From an uncultured bacterium (GTDB lineage: Bacteria; Verrucomicrobiota; Verrucomicrobiia; Limisphaerales; UBA8199), in contig CAVVMW010000014.1 of assembly GCA_963749495.1 (NCBI GenBank), forward strand, positions 256,001 through 320,000: a stretch of 64,000 nt of DNA, read 5' to 3'. Under the pieces are notes generated by a model. It was given only the letters and a program-made list of their open reading frames with translations. It was not told the origin of the DNA and did not search any database. Positions 8,890 to 19,295 of the stretch are shown here, one piece after another. How positions within the stretch are numbered: position 1 is the first letter of the stretch; every line of letters begins with the position of its first letter. A program made the translations under genes and the position numbers.

Positions 8890-9977
8890 TTCCGGATGAC
8901 CTTTACCGGTTCAGGTTTCTTGAGCGAAGAATACTCAATGCCAGAAATATTACCATCGATTCGTCGATCCTTCACGAGCCGGCGGAGGACGGGCATGGCG
9001 TGCTTCATCAAGAATCCCTGTTCGAGCACGAAGCCGTAGATGGCCCCGGTGTCCGGCAGGCGGCCAGCGAGCAGCTCTTTCTCGAATTGCTGTTCGAAAA
9101 GCTGGGTCTTTTTGGGCTGGTCCATCCCTGCGAAGAGAGCGATCTGGCCTTCGACGATCCCTTCTCGGTCAATGTCATAATCGGCCTCCCCGCGCAGCTT
9201 ATCGAGGCTCCATGCGGCCTCGAGGAATTTTTGGAGGCCCTTGAGGTTTTGGGAACCGAAGATGAGGCCGTAGATGTTGGAACCGCTGCGGATGGAGAAT
9301 GGCGCGAGCAGGTACTGCGTCGGCGCAGGGACGAGGCTGCGATAGTAGTCCACGATGGCGCGATGAACCTGGTGGTACGCAGGCGTTTTCCCGGCAAAAA
9401 TTCTTTCCGCTTCCAAGTATTGGTTTATTTCTGGTTCGTCCTTGAAACGGAGGACGTACGATGCTGACATGAAAACGAGCGTATCCGTGACAGGGAGGGT
9501 GCGGATCTGGTGAAAAATGTCCGCCGTGAAGAAACGCACGCCGTTTTGGTCGAGCAGCAGGAGGTTCGCGGAGTCGCGCATCTGGGGCCGGAGCTCTTCG
9601 AAGGCCTGGATGAAATCCTGGCTGGAGAAGTGGAGTTTGTACGGACCGGCCATGAAGGCGGCGTCCGTCACGGTTTGTTTGAGGTCGGCGATTTTGTCTG
9701 CGTCCGCATCGTTGAAATAGACATCTACCTGATAGCCGACCTGCTTTATCGTGGCGGCAAGGCGTTGGAGCGCTTCAAGGATGAGGATGGGGCTCCCTTT
9801 CTGGCCGTCGGAGTCCTGGCCTGGGCCGCAAAAGAGGTCGAAAATGCGGATCTTCTTCTTGGTGACCTTCCCACTGCCAACGAAGACGCCAAGCCAGGCG
9901 TCAATGTGCTTCCGGAACAACTCGAGCTTTACGAGGGTGCCTTCGTTGAACGGTTTGCGGTGGAGGTCGCGGGCCAT
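8886..9977 (-). CDS. tcmP: Three-Cys-motif partner protein TcmP-like (methyltransferase fold with C-terminal wHTH)
   Basis: TLVKLELFRKHIDAW, IFDLFCGPG, GSPILIL, LLLDQNG and NIYGLIFGS motifs. Confidence 0.8.
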   Translation of the reverse strand: MARDLHRKPFNEGTLVKLELFRKHIDAWLGVFVGSGKVTKKKIRIFDLFCGPGQDSDGQKGSPILILEALQRLAATIKQVGYQVDVYFNDADADKIADLKQTVTDAAFMAGPYKLHFSSQDFIQAFEELRPQMRDSANLLLLDQNGVRFFTADIFHQIRTLPVTDTLVFMSASYVLRFKDEPEINQYLEAERIFAGKTPAYHQVHRAIVDYYRSLVPAPTQYLLAPFSIRSGSNIYGLIFGSQNLKGLQKFLEAAWSLDKLRGEADYDIDREGIVEGQIALFAGMDQPKKTQLFEQQFEKELLAGRLPDTGAIYGFVLEQGFLMKHAMPVLRRLVKDRRIDGNISGIEYSSLKKPEPVKVIRK

Positions 9978-9982
9978 GACGT

Positions 9983-12900
9983 TTATGGGTTCGGCCCCGT
10001 GCGGTAAGGCGCTGGGTCTTCCTTCAACTCAACCGGACGTTTGAGCGAGTCCTGTTTGAGGAGGTACTGCTCGACTTTGATGATGGGCTGCCAGTCCAGG
10101 GAGGCTGGATCCTGGAGGGAATTGAGGGACGGTGTGGTGGCGCAGTGGAAGACGACGTAGAGGTAGTAATCGTTCTTGAGGCGCTTGGCGGTGTTGTACT
10201 CGTTGGAGGTGAGGGCGATTTCGCCGGTTTCGGCGCGGCCTTTGACTTCAATGAAACGGACATCTATCGCGGTCTTCGGGTCCTCGGGGTGCGGCTTGCG
10301 GGAGATGAGGTCGAAACCGCGGTTGTCCTGCTCGACGCTTTCGACAACGCGGCCTTGGGCTTCCTCGTGCCTGATGGCGACCTGGACGGCGGTTCTTTCG
10401 ATCTCGGGGTCGGCAACCATGGGGGCGATGTGCGGAGAGGAGCGTTCGGGGTGGGGGAGGACCCAGGCGCGGCCGAGGTGCTGGATGTCGCCGATCATGC
10501 ATTCGCGCTCGCGCTGGAGTTCGGCGCGGCGGTTTTCGAGCCGGCCGTTCAGTTCGTCAAGGCGGTCTTCGGTTTGTTTGATGTTGGCGGCGAGGGGCTG
10601 GGAGGCGTCGCCGCGCTGCTGCATATCGAGCAGGTCTGCCAGGCGGAGATTCTGGCGGTGAATCAGCTCATTCAGGCTGATTTCGAGGTGCTTGCTGATG
10701 GTCTCCGTCTCGCGGGCGCGCTCCTTGGCGGCCTCGGCGAGCATCGGGTTGAGGGCGTGTTGGATGAGGAACTGCTCGGCGGCGGTGCGGTCCGGAAGGC
10801 CAGTGCTGTCCGGGGCGGCGGTCCCTTTAGGCGCCACGGCAAGGTCGAGCAGGATGGTTGGCTGTTTGACGCTGAGGGCGCCATCGCGATCAGTCGCGAC
10901 GGCGAAAAGGCGGCGGTGGAGCTGGTGATCGCGGCCATCCTTGATGGAAGCGGCGAAGAAGTCGAGGCGGTAGGGCGTATTGGAGTTGAGGTCGTAAAAG
11001 ACGGTGCCGCGCTGAAGGTCCTGCGCGGCATGCTCCTGGAGGTCCTCGCGTACCGACTCGAAGAGCGGATGGCCGGGGGTGACCCATTCGAGGGTGGGGT
11101 CTTTGGGGAGCAGGGCTTTGTCGAAAACGATGTTCTTGTATTCGCGGCCGAGTTTGCCGAACCGGGGTTCTAGCCTTTCGCCGATAGGCCAGAGGGGCCG
11201 GGGAATGCGGCCGACTCTGTAAATGTGGGAACCTGCCCCCTCACCCTGGCCCTCTCCCCCTCGGAGGGGGCGAGGGGAACCTTCCGGGCCGAGTTGTCGC
11301 AATTGAATGCCAGAGACGGGCGCGGCCTGGGTGAAGAAGCCTTCAATGACCTCCGGCACGAGCCGGCGTTCCTTGGCCTCGGCGGACTTGCCGATGATGG
11401 CGGAGAGGTTCAGCTCCTTCTTGGCGAGCAGTTCAAGGGTGCATTTGGTGATGCGCTCGAAGCGGGTAATGTCCACTTCCTCCACAATGCGCTGCTTGAT
11501 GAGTTCCTCGGTCATCTGGTTGTGGGCGTACATGTCGCGAATCATCTTTTCCAGGAGATTCGCGGGGAACACGTCGCCCAGGACGTTGAACACCTTGCCG
11601 GTGCGGTGGGGATCGAGGTCCTCTTCGATGGCCTGGATGCGCTCGAAGAGCTTTTGGAGCACGCGGCCCTCGCGGGTGTTGGTGGAGACAAAATTGAAAA
11701 TCAGGCAGTCCTTTTCCTGGCCGTAGCGGTGGATGCGGCCCATGCGCTGCTCCAGGCGGACCGGGTTCCAGGGGATGTCGTAGTTGATCATGAACCAGCA
11801 GAATTGCAGGTTGATGCCTTCGCCGGCCGCCTCGGTGGCCACGAGGACCTGGGCGCACTCGCGAAAGTCGCGCTCGGCGAAAATGCGCGTGCCCGGCGTG
11901 TCACGGTCACCGACCTTCATCCCCCCATGGATCTGGGTGACGGACAGGCCCCACTCCAGCAGCCTGCCCAGCGGATGGCCGTTCTTGCCATCGCCTGCGA
12001 GGAAATCCAGGGTGTCCTTGTGCTCGGTGAAGATGAGGAGCTTCATCTTCGGGTCTTTGAAGACGCCGTGCCTGGTGATGAGATCCTTCAGGGCGGCGAG
12101 CTTGGATTCGCACTCCGTTTTTTCGAGGGCGCGGGCATGGTCGATGAGTTTGCCAAGCTCGAGGATTTCCTCCCTGAGCGCAGCCGGCTCGTAGGAAACG
12201 ACGAGATCCTCAAGCTCGGCCATGATGGCCTGGCGCTCATCTTCCGGCAGGTCTTCGAAATCTTCGGGGAGCCGCTTATTGATCTGGGCCTGGCGATAGC
12301 CTTCCGGGTCGGCGAGGATTTTTTCGCGTTTGTCCTTCATCCGCTCCAGGCTGCGGCGGACCGCGTAGATGCTGGAGGCGAACCGGCGCTGCAGCATGGC
12401 CATGGTGAAGCCCAGCGCCCGGGCGCGAGCGGACTCCTCAGAGGCCGCTTTGATGGACTGGTCCTCCACATAGCGGGTGAGGGCGTCGTAGAAATCCCAC
12501 TCCTCATCCGAGATTTTGAACTCGGTGGTTTGGACGTTCCGCTTCGTGAACAGGGTTTTGACATTGCCGGTGTCCGGGTCGGGAAAACTGACGAGGGCTT
12601 CTTTGACGCGGCGGAGGTAGAAAGGGGCCTCCTGCCGGCGCATAGCTTCCTCGAGGCTCTTGACGTCGCCATAAACGTCACGGTCAAGGAGTTCGAGGAA
12701 CAGGCAGAAATTATCGGGGTCGCCTTTGTGGGGCGTGGCGGTCATCAGCAAGTAATGGTCAGTCATGCCGGACAGGGCCTCACCGAGCTGGTAGGCGAGG
12801 GTTTTTTTGTCGCGGGTGGCGGCGCTCATTTTGTGGGCCTCGTCCACGATGATGAGATCCCAGTGACTGCGGAGAAGGCTTTCCTTGGCGTCCTCGATTC

Positions 12901-13522
12901 GTGAGACCCAGGAAACCGAGGTGACGACCTGGTTTTTGTCCTGCCAGGGGTTCGAGCCGTAGTTGGCGCGCAGGATGTCGCTGCGAATGACCTCGAAATT
13001 CTCGCGGAACTTGTCCTTCATTTCTCGCTGCCATTGGAACGAGAGGCTGGCCGGGGTGATGATGAGAGTGCGTTTGACCAGGCCGCGGATTTTCAGCTCC
13101 TTCAGCAGGAGACCGGCCATGATGGTCTTGCCGGCGCCTGGGTCGTCGGCCAGAAGGAAGCGGATGCGGGGCAGGCGGAGGAAGTAGTCGTAAACCGCTT
13201 CGAGCTGGTGCGGGAGCGGGTCAACGCGGGCGATCGAGAGCGAAAAGTAGGGGTCGTATTCAAAGGCGAGTTGCAGTCGCATGGCCTCGATGCCAAGGCG
13301 GAACATCTGGGGGTCGCCGTCAAACGGCTCGGTGTCAGGGGTGGTTTCCAGCAGCGCCAGGTTCCCGGGGGTCAGGACGAGTTCGAAAACCTTGCTGGTT
13401 TGGAGCCCCTTGCCGATAAGCTTCACCCCGGCCCCCATGGGTACGGTGACGATGACCTGCACGGGCTCCGGGAAAAGCGGGCCACGGAGGATCTTGTTCG
13501 GTTTTAGCTCATGCAGCTTCAC
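9983..13522 (-). CDS. SNF2-family helicase with C-terminal DUF3883 (PD-(D/E)xK) nuclease
   Basis: LLADDPGAGKT, DEAH, TATPH, ATEAAGEGINLQ and QRMGRIHRYGQ motifs; C-terminal GFDLIS..RFIEVKGR..LTSNE. Likely GTG start at 13522. Confidence 0.93.
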   Translation of the reverse strand: MKLHELKPNKILRGPLFPEPVQVIVTVPMGAGVKLIGKGLQTSKVFELVLTPGNLALLETTPDTEPFDGDPQMFRLGIEAMRLQLAFEYDPYFSLSIARVDPLPHQLEAVYDYFLRLPRIRFLLADDPGAGKTIMAGLLLKELKIRGLVKRTLIITPASLSFQWQREMKDKFRENFEVIRSDILRANYGSNPWQDKNQVVTSVSWVSRIEDAKESLLRSHWDLIIVDEAHKMSAATRDKKTLAYQLGEALSGMTDHYLLMTATPHKGDPDNFCLFLELLDRDVYGDVKSLEEAMRRQEAPFYLRRVKEALVSFPDPDTGNVKTLFTKRNVQTTEFKISDEEWDFYDALTRYVEDQSIKAASEESARARALGFTMAMLQRRFASSIYAVRRSLERMKDKREKILADPEGYRQAQINKRLPEDFEDLPEDERQAIMAELEDLVVSYEPAALREEILELGKLIDHARALEKTECESKLAALKDLITRHGVFKDPKMKLLIFTEHKDTLDFLAGDGKNGHPLGRLLEWGLSVTQIHGGMKVGDRDTPGTRIFAERDFRECAQVLVATEAAGEGINLQFCWFMINYDIPWNPVRLEQRMGRIHRYGQEKDCLIFNFVSTNTREGRVLQKLFERIQAIEEDLDPHRTGKVFNVLGDVFPANLLEKMIRDMYAHNQMTEELIKQRIVEEVDITRFERITKCTLELLAKKELNLSAIIGKSAEAKERRLVPEVIEGFFTQAAPVSGIQLRQLGPEGSPRPLRGGEGQGEGAGSHIYRVGRIPRPLWPIGERLEPRFGKLGREYKNIVFDKALLPKDPTLEWVTPGHPLFESVREDLQEHAAQDLQRGTVFYDLNSNTPYRLDFFAASIKDGRDHQLHRRLFAVATDRDGALSVKQPTILLDLAVAPKGTAAPDSTGLPDRTAAEQFLIQHALNPMLAEAAKERARETETISKHLEISLNELIHRQNLRLADLLDMQQRGDASQPLAANIKQTEDRLDELNGRLENRRAELQRERECMIGDIQHLGRAWVLPHPERSSPHIAPMVADPEIERTAVQVAIRHEEAQGRVVESVEQDNRGFDLISRKPHPEDPKTAIDVRFIEVKGRAETGEIALTSNEYNTAKRLKNDYYLYVVFHCATTPSLNSLQDPASLDWQPIIKVEQYLLKQDSLKRPVELKEDPAPYRTGPNP
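11236..11277. repeat. REP-like palindromic element inserted in-frame in the helicase gene
   Basis: CCCCCTCACCCTGGCCCTCTCCCCCTCGGAGGGGGCGAGGGG; same family as the intergenic copies at 41913-42056. Encodes SPRPLRGGEGQGEG. Confidence 0.8.
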
Positions 13523-13650
13523 ATGACGGCAATCCCTGCGCCAGATGCCTACCGGACGGTTTACACGAGCCTGGAGCTGAAAGCACGGAAAAAACCTCCA
13601 AACCGCCAGGGCGCCAAGGCGCGCCAGGCGCGTCAGGTGCGTGAAAGGCC

Positions 13651-13749
13651 TCAGTAGCCGGGGTCCTTTCGAATACTGGCCTTGCGGTGATGCCCGTGGT
13701 CTGAAAAGGCCAGTGCCAGCCACAGGTTGGCATCGGCCAGCTCAATCAC
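13651..13749 (-). pseudogene. Truncated VapC/PIN toxin (32 aa)
   Basis: My translation from GTG 13749: MIELADANLWLALAFSDHGHHRKA..., then stop. PIN-type DxNxWLAL..H.HH start, overlapping the upstream antitoxin-like ORF. Confidence 0.7.
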
Positions 13750-13981
13750 CCCAGAAGCTGGCATCGAGTTCCTCTGGTGTCGGATTGATAATGCGCTTGC
13801 CGTCCCCACGAATCAGCGGCAGTGCTACCCGCTGCCGGACAGGCGCTGGCTCCTCGGAGGGGTGGCTCGCGGACGGCAAGATCGTTAACAGCCCGCTGGC
13901 CTTTTCCGGAAGCTTCTCCGGCTCTCGGGTGACAATCCGCCCGTGCTCAATTTCCACTTCGACTGTCACGTAACTCATCAA
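13742..13981 (-). CDS. Small antitoxin-like protein
   Basis: 79 aa, VTVEVEIEHGRIV..LPE; directly upstream of the PIN remnant. Confidence 0.65.
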   Translation of the reverse strand: MMSYVTVEVEIEHGRIVTREPEKLPEKASGLLTILPSASHPSEEPAPVRQRVALPLIRGDGKRIINPTPEELDASFWGD

Positions 13982-14149
13982 GACAGCTTAACTGCTCGAG
14001 CGCTCCTGGCCAACCGAATTCTTCTCACAGAACGCTTTCTGAACAGTTGGCCCGAACCTTACGCTTGATTTTCTAAATCGCTTCTCTAACAATGCGGTGC
14101 AGCTTGCCCAGGACCCAGTTGCAACAGCGCCTGTTGCGCAGTTCCCTCC

Positions 14150-17033
14150 TTGGGCGAACCGGAAATCGTGAGCCAGAATGGAACACGGCCACACGGATTC
14201 GATGCGGGGCAATTGCCGGCTTCGCTTCCCCCAGGGGGAGGGCTCACGCCTGGAGGCAGGCAAGGAGGCTCTTCCCTGGTCGGGAAACGGCTGGGCCTCT
14301 ACGAGGTGGAGGAATTGATTGGGGCGGGCGGCATGGGAGAGGTGTACCGGGCCCGGGACCAGCGGCTGCAGCGGGCGGTGGCTTTGAAGGTGCTGCCGCC
14401 GGAATCCAGCCTTGACCTCGAGCGACTGGCGCGCCTGGAGCGGGAGGCGCGCATGCTCGCGGCACTCAACCATCCCAACATCGCCGCCATCCATGGGCTG
14501 GAAGAGGCCGAGGGGACGCGCTTTCTGGTTTTGGAATTGGTCGAGGGCCGGACGGTGGCGGAGCGGCTGCAGCGAGCGCCGATCCCGCTGGAGGAAACGC
14601 TCGATCTGTGCCGGCAGATGGCGGAGGGGCTGGAGGCGGCCCATGAAAAAGGGATCATCCATCGCGACCTCAAACCTGCCAATCTCAAGCTCACACCGGA
14701 TGGCAAGGTCAAGATCCTCGATTTCGGGCTGGCCAAGGCGCCCCACCCGGCGCCCGCGGCCCTCGACTCCAAGGCTCCAACCCTGACTCAGGACATGACC
14801 CGCCCCGGAATGATTTTCGGCACGCCCGCCTACATGAGCCCGGAGCAAGCCATGGGCAAACCGCTCGACAAGCGCACCGACATCTGGGCCTTCGGTTGTG
14901 TCCTCTACGAGTGCCTCGCCGGGCACAAGGCCTTTCAGGGCGAGACCATCACCGAGACCCTGGCCGCCATCCTCAAGGGCGAACCGGACTGGCAGGCCTT
15001 GCCGGCCACCACGCCCCGGAGGGTAAAGGACCTGCTGGAGCGGTGCCTGCGGAAAGACCCTAAGGACCGTTTGCACGACATCGCCGACGCCCGGATCGAA
15101 CTGCAGGCCCAGATGGCGCGCCTGCCGGAGGAGACCCTGCGAGCGCCGCCGCGACTCTTGCCTGGCCGGCTCATCGCCGCAAGCCTGACCGCGCTTGGCA
15201 TCGGGCTCCTGATTGGCGCCGCGGCGATGAAATACCCCAGGCCCGGGACCTCCCGCCTATCCCTGCCTGTCACGCGCTCGGTCGTCAAGCTGGAATCCGG
15301 ACAGTGGCTTGAGGGCCAGCGCCTGAGTCCTCCCTACGGATTTGATCGTCCGACCCGCACGGCCATGGCCCTCGCCAGCGATGGTCGGTTCATAGTCTAT
15401 AGCGCGGTCAAGGAGAATCCCGGCGCGCAGGACAAGCCTTGCCTGTACTTGCGGAGGATCGACCAACTGGTAGCCACGCCCATCGCCGGAACCGAAGGCG
15501 GGTCCAGCCCCTTCCTTTCGCCCGACGATCGGTGGGTCGGCTTCTGGGCGGACCAAAAGCTGATGAAGGCGCCGGTGGAGGGCGGAGTTGCGACAGTGTT
15601 GTGCGATGTGCCCCTTCCCTTCGGCTTCAGTTGGGGGGATGATAACCAGATCCTGTTCGCACCGGGCTGGGGTTCTGGGCTCTCGAGGATTTCCGCCGCA
15701 GGCGGCAAACCGGAGGTCTTGACTAGGCCGGATAGCTCAAAGGGCGAATTCGCTCATCGTCTCCCCCATTGCCTCCCCGCCGGAAAAGGGGTCCTGTTTA
15801 ACATCATGCGACAGCCTTGGGACGTGCATTCAGGGGTTGCGGTCATGGAGGCTGGCGACGCGAAAATGGCGCGTGTTGCTCGAAGATGCCGCCGATGCGT
15901 GCTATGTCGCCACGGGCCAGCTTGCTTTCCTTCGTCAGGGAACACTGATGGTGGTCCCTTTTGATCCGAACAGGCTTGAGGTTACGGGACAGCCCGCGCC
16001 CGCCGTTGCAAACATCACCCAGGCCCTCAATACTGGGAGCACCAGCTCAGACACGGCTGCCGGCCAATTCAGTATTTCCGCCTCAGGATTGATGGTTTAT
16101 GCGCCCGGCGGAATCCTTCCGGACATGCAGAACTCACTCGTTTGGGTGGATCGCCAGGGGAAAGAGGAACCGGTCGCCCCTTTTAAGGCTCCCTTTTTCG
16201 CTCCACGCCTTTCACCCGATGGTCAGCGGATCGCCTACATTACCGCGGGAATGGAAAGGAATGTCTGGATTTTTGATCTGAATCGCGGAATTCCCACGAG
16301 GCTGACTTCCGAGGGTTTCCCCAACTGGGTGATATGGTCCCCGGATGGCCAGCGAGTGGCCTTTGGCTGGCACAAAACAGGCATCCGAAATATCTATTGG
16401 CAGCCTGTTGACGGAAGTTCTCCGATGGAGCGGCTCACACAAAGTGAGTACATACAATCCCCCGCATCGTGGTCTCCGGACGGCGAAACGCTGGCTTTCA
16501 CGGAACACCACCCCGAGACGCGTTACGATATTCACCTGCTGAACGTCCATAACCGGAGCGTCACGCCGTACCTGAACTCTCGATTCGATGAGATGTATCC
16601 GGAGTTCTCACCTGATGGACGGTGGATGGCATACGCGTCTGATGAGTCAGGGCGCCTTGAGGTATATGTTCAGCCCTTCCCTCGCGGTGGGGGTAAGCGG
16701 CAGGTATCCAGTGAAGGAGGATCAGACCCTGTCTGGGCGCGCAACGGGAAACAGTTGTTTTATCGGGGGGCAGGGGCAGGAACTCACCCGACACATATCT
16801 GGTCTGTTGATGTGCAAACCGGGTCCGGTTTTTCGGCCAGCAAGCCGCGCCTAGTGTTTGACAAGTCGGGATACTCTGATAGTGATCCGGGGCACTGCTG
16901 GGACATTGCGCCTGACGGAGATCGATTCCTGATGGTGAAGCTCGATGAAAGAAAGCCCCAGCCCTTGACCGAAATGGTCCTGGTCCAAAACTGGTTCGAG
17001 GAAGTCCGGCGCCTCGCGCCGGCCAGGAGATGA
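14150..17033 (+). CDS. Ser/Thr protein kinase with TM segment and TolB/PD40 beta-propeller, 1-nt insertion near 15850
   Basis: GAGGMGEVY, VALKVL, HRDLKPAN, DFGLAK and GTPAYMSPEQ motifs; repeated SPDG motifs. Removing one G joins the two ORFs (MELATRKW). Start position uncertain. Confidence 0.92.
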
Positions 17034-17094
17034 GGCGGGGGTCAAGGCCCTCATCAATCGCTTTGATCCGGTTGGTCTGAATCTCCGGCCCAAA

Positions 17095-17475
17095 GGGCCG
17101 GCAGAGCCCAGCCCAGGGCTGAGGCCGCCAGGCCGATGCCCTGGGAACATGCCCCTCGAAGATCAGGCGCGCCCTGAAAGAATCCCCCGAACGAATTCGC
17201 GCTTTGCGCCCCTGAACCTCGACACTGCGTTCCCGTCCCGCGAAGCGATTTGGACTGCGGCAGTCCTCTGCCGCTTTTGTGCCCCCTCGCTGCCGACGCG
17301 AAAGCGGCAGGGGACTGCCGCAGTCCAAGACCTTCGGACTTGGTGTCGGTTCATGGAGAGGGCGCCAGAGCCCTCTGGCGCCCTTTCAGGGCGCGCCTCA
17401 TTCTGCAGAGGCTTGTTCCCAGGGCATCGGCCTGACGGCCTCAGCCCTGGGCTGGGCTCTGCCGGCCCTTTGGGC
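17095..17475. repeat. Cluster of REP-like inverted repeats
   Basis: AGCCCAGCCCAGGGCTGAGGCCG..GCCGATGCCCTGGG (17105-17145) is inverted at 17417-17460. Nested GGACTGCGGCAGTCCTCTGCCGCTTT / AAAGCGGCAGGGGACTGCCGCAGTCC (17251-17326); a related copy lies at 62057-62128. Confidence 0.8.
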
Positions 17476-17684
17476 CGCGAGGCAGAGCAGGAAAAGCCGG
17501 CTCATTCTCCCCCAAGTCAATTCACATTGTTACATTTCCTTTGCACACCTGCCTAACCACGGCAGTATCGGTCGAGAGGCAGTGAAACCTTGGGACACCG
17601 AGAGCCATCAGGAATTGCGGCCCCTCTGAGGTTTCTTTTCTCCTTCCCATTTTGGTGTAAGTTGTCTATCAGCAACCAGACCCA

Positions 17685-19244
17685 ATGACAACAGACTCAC
17701 AGGAGTTCTTCATCAGCGGCGGCACGCTGCGGGCCGATGCGCCCTGCTATGTCGAACGGCAGGCGGATCGCGACCTGGTTCACGGCCTGCTGGCGGGCGA
17801 GTTCTGCTATGTGCTCACCTCGCGCCAGATGGGCAAGAGTTCGTTGATGGTGCGCACGGCGCAGAAGCTGCGGGAGCAGGGGCTGCGCGTGGTCGTGCTG
17901 GACCTGGCCGCCATCGGCCAGAACGTGACCCCCGAGCAATGGTATGACGGCCTGGCCCTCCGCCTGGGGAACCAGCTCCGGGTGGAAGATGAGCTGGAGG
18001 ATTTTTGGCAGGAGAATCTCCGGCTGGGGCCCTGCCAACGCTGGTTCGCGGCGCTGCGGGACTGTGTGCTGGCGCGGCTGAACGGCGCCGCGGCGGCGAC
18101 ACCGGGCGCCCCTCCCCAAGCTCCGGCGGCCACCCCCGCTCCCTCTGCGCGGCTCGTCGTCTTCATCGATGAGCTGGATGCTGTGCGGAGCCTTCCGTTT
18201 CCCACGGAGGAGTTCTTTGCCGCCATCCGCGAATGCTATCATCGTCGTGCCCAGGACCCGGAGTTGAACCGGCTCACCTTTTGCCTGCTGGGCGTTGCCG
18301 CTCCCGTGGAACTGATGAAGGATGCCAAGCAGACGCCGTTCAACATCGGCCGCCGGATCGAGTTGGTGGATTTCTCGAGGACGGAGGCGCAGCCGCTGGC
18401 GCTCGGGCTGGGCCTGCTCTGCCCCGCCTGCCAGGGGCTCGACACTCAGGCCCTGCTGGACCGGATCATCCATTGGACCCACGGGCACCCGTACCTGACC
18501 CAGCGCCTGTGCCGCGCTGTGGTGGAATCGGCCCAAGCGGGCGACCGTGCCAACGAGGAGTCCTTGATCGACCGGCTCTGCGAAGAGCTGTTTTTGTCGG
18601 CCCACAGCGGGGAGAGGGACGACAACCTGGTGTTCGTGCGCGAGCGCTTGCTCCATACCCAGGCGGACCTGGCCTCGTTGCTCGAGCTTTATGAGCGCGT
18701 GCTCGCCGGCCAGACGGTTTCGGACGACAGGCTGGATCTATTCGTCAGCCAGCTTCACCTGGCCGGCATCGTGCGGGTGGACGAACAGCGTCTGGCAGTC
18801 CGCAATCGGATCTACGAGCGCGTCTTTGACCGGCCCTGGGTTGCGGCCATCAAGCCCATCGCCGAGCTGGAAAAGCCCGGCGGCAAGCGGGTGCGCCTCA
18901 AGGGCACGTGCTCGCTGGGGCGGACGGAGAATAACGATGTAGTCCTGGCGGATGTGATGGTTTCCCGGCATCACGCATTGATCCAGAAACAGGGCCAGGA
19001 GGAGCTTTGGCTGGTGGACCTCGGCAGCCGCAACGGCACTTACTTGAATGGGTCGCGCCTCACCCGGCCGACGTTGCTCCAGGACCAGGACCAGATCGTT
19101 ATCGGCTCCTGCCGTCTGTTGTTTCACCAGCCAAACGCACCCCGGCGGCCGGTGAGCGATCGCACAACCCTCGATCGGACCCTCATCCAGACGCGCAGTC
19201 AACAGCACGATCATCGGCCTCCCAAGGATTCCCCTTCCAAGTAA
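17685..19244 (+). CDS. AAA_35 (STAND-like) ATPase with C-terminal FHA domain
   Basis: GGTL..YVERQAD, SRQMGKSS, VFIDELD, TPFNIG and WTHGHPYLTQRLC motifs; FHA motifs LGR, VSRHHA, DLGSRNGT. Confidence 0.9.
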   Translation: MTTDSQEFFISGGTLRADAPCYVERQADRDLVHGLLAGEFCYVLTSRQMGKSSLMVRTAQKLREQGLRVVVLDLAAIGQNVTPEQWYDGLALRLGNQLRVEDELEDFWQENLRLGPCQRWFAALRDCVLARLNGAAAATPGAPPQAPAATPAPSARLVVFIDELDAVRSLPFPTEEFFAAIRECYHRRAQDPELNRLTFCLLGVAAPVELMKDAKQTPFNIGRRIELVDFSRTEAQPLALGLGLLCPACQGLDTQALLDRIIHWTHGHPYLTQRLCRAVVESAQAGDRANEESLIDRLCEELFLSAHSGERDDNLVFVRERLLHTQADLASLLELYERVLAGQTVSDDRLDLFVSQLHLAGIVRVDEQRLAVRNRIYERVFDRPWVAAIKPIAELEKPGGKRVRLKGTCSLGRTENNDVVLADVMVSRHHALIQKQGQEELWLVDLGSRNGTYLNGSRLTRPTLLQDQDQIVIGSCRLLFHQPNAPRRPVSDRTTLDRTLIQTRSQQHDHRPPKDSPSK

Positions 19245-19263
19245 TGCAGCCTAGTTCAGTCTG

Positions 19264-19295
19264 ATTCGTCATTCGTCATTCGTCATTCGTCATTC
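19264..19295. repeat. (ATTCGTC)n heptamer array; further arrays at 20753-20782, 20896-20940, 22668-22706 and 62159-62197
   Basis: Four to six tandem units at each site, read directly from the sequence. Confidence 0.9.

Noticed and set aside
13523..13723. N-terminal extension of the helicase in the ORF track
   Set aside because: It overlaps the PIN remnant and a GC repeat; plausible protein sequence begins at GTG 13522.
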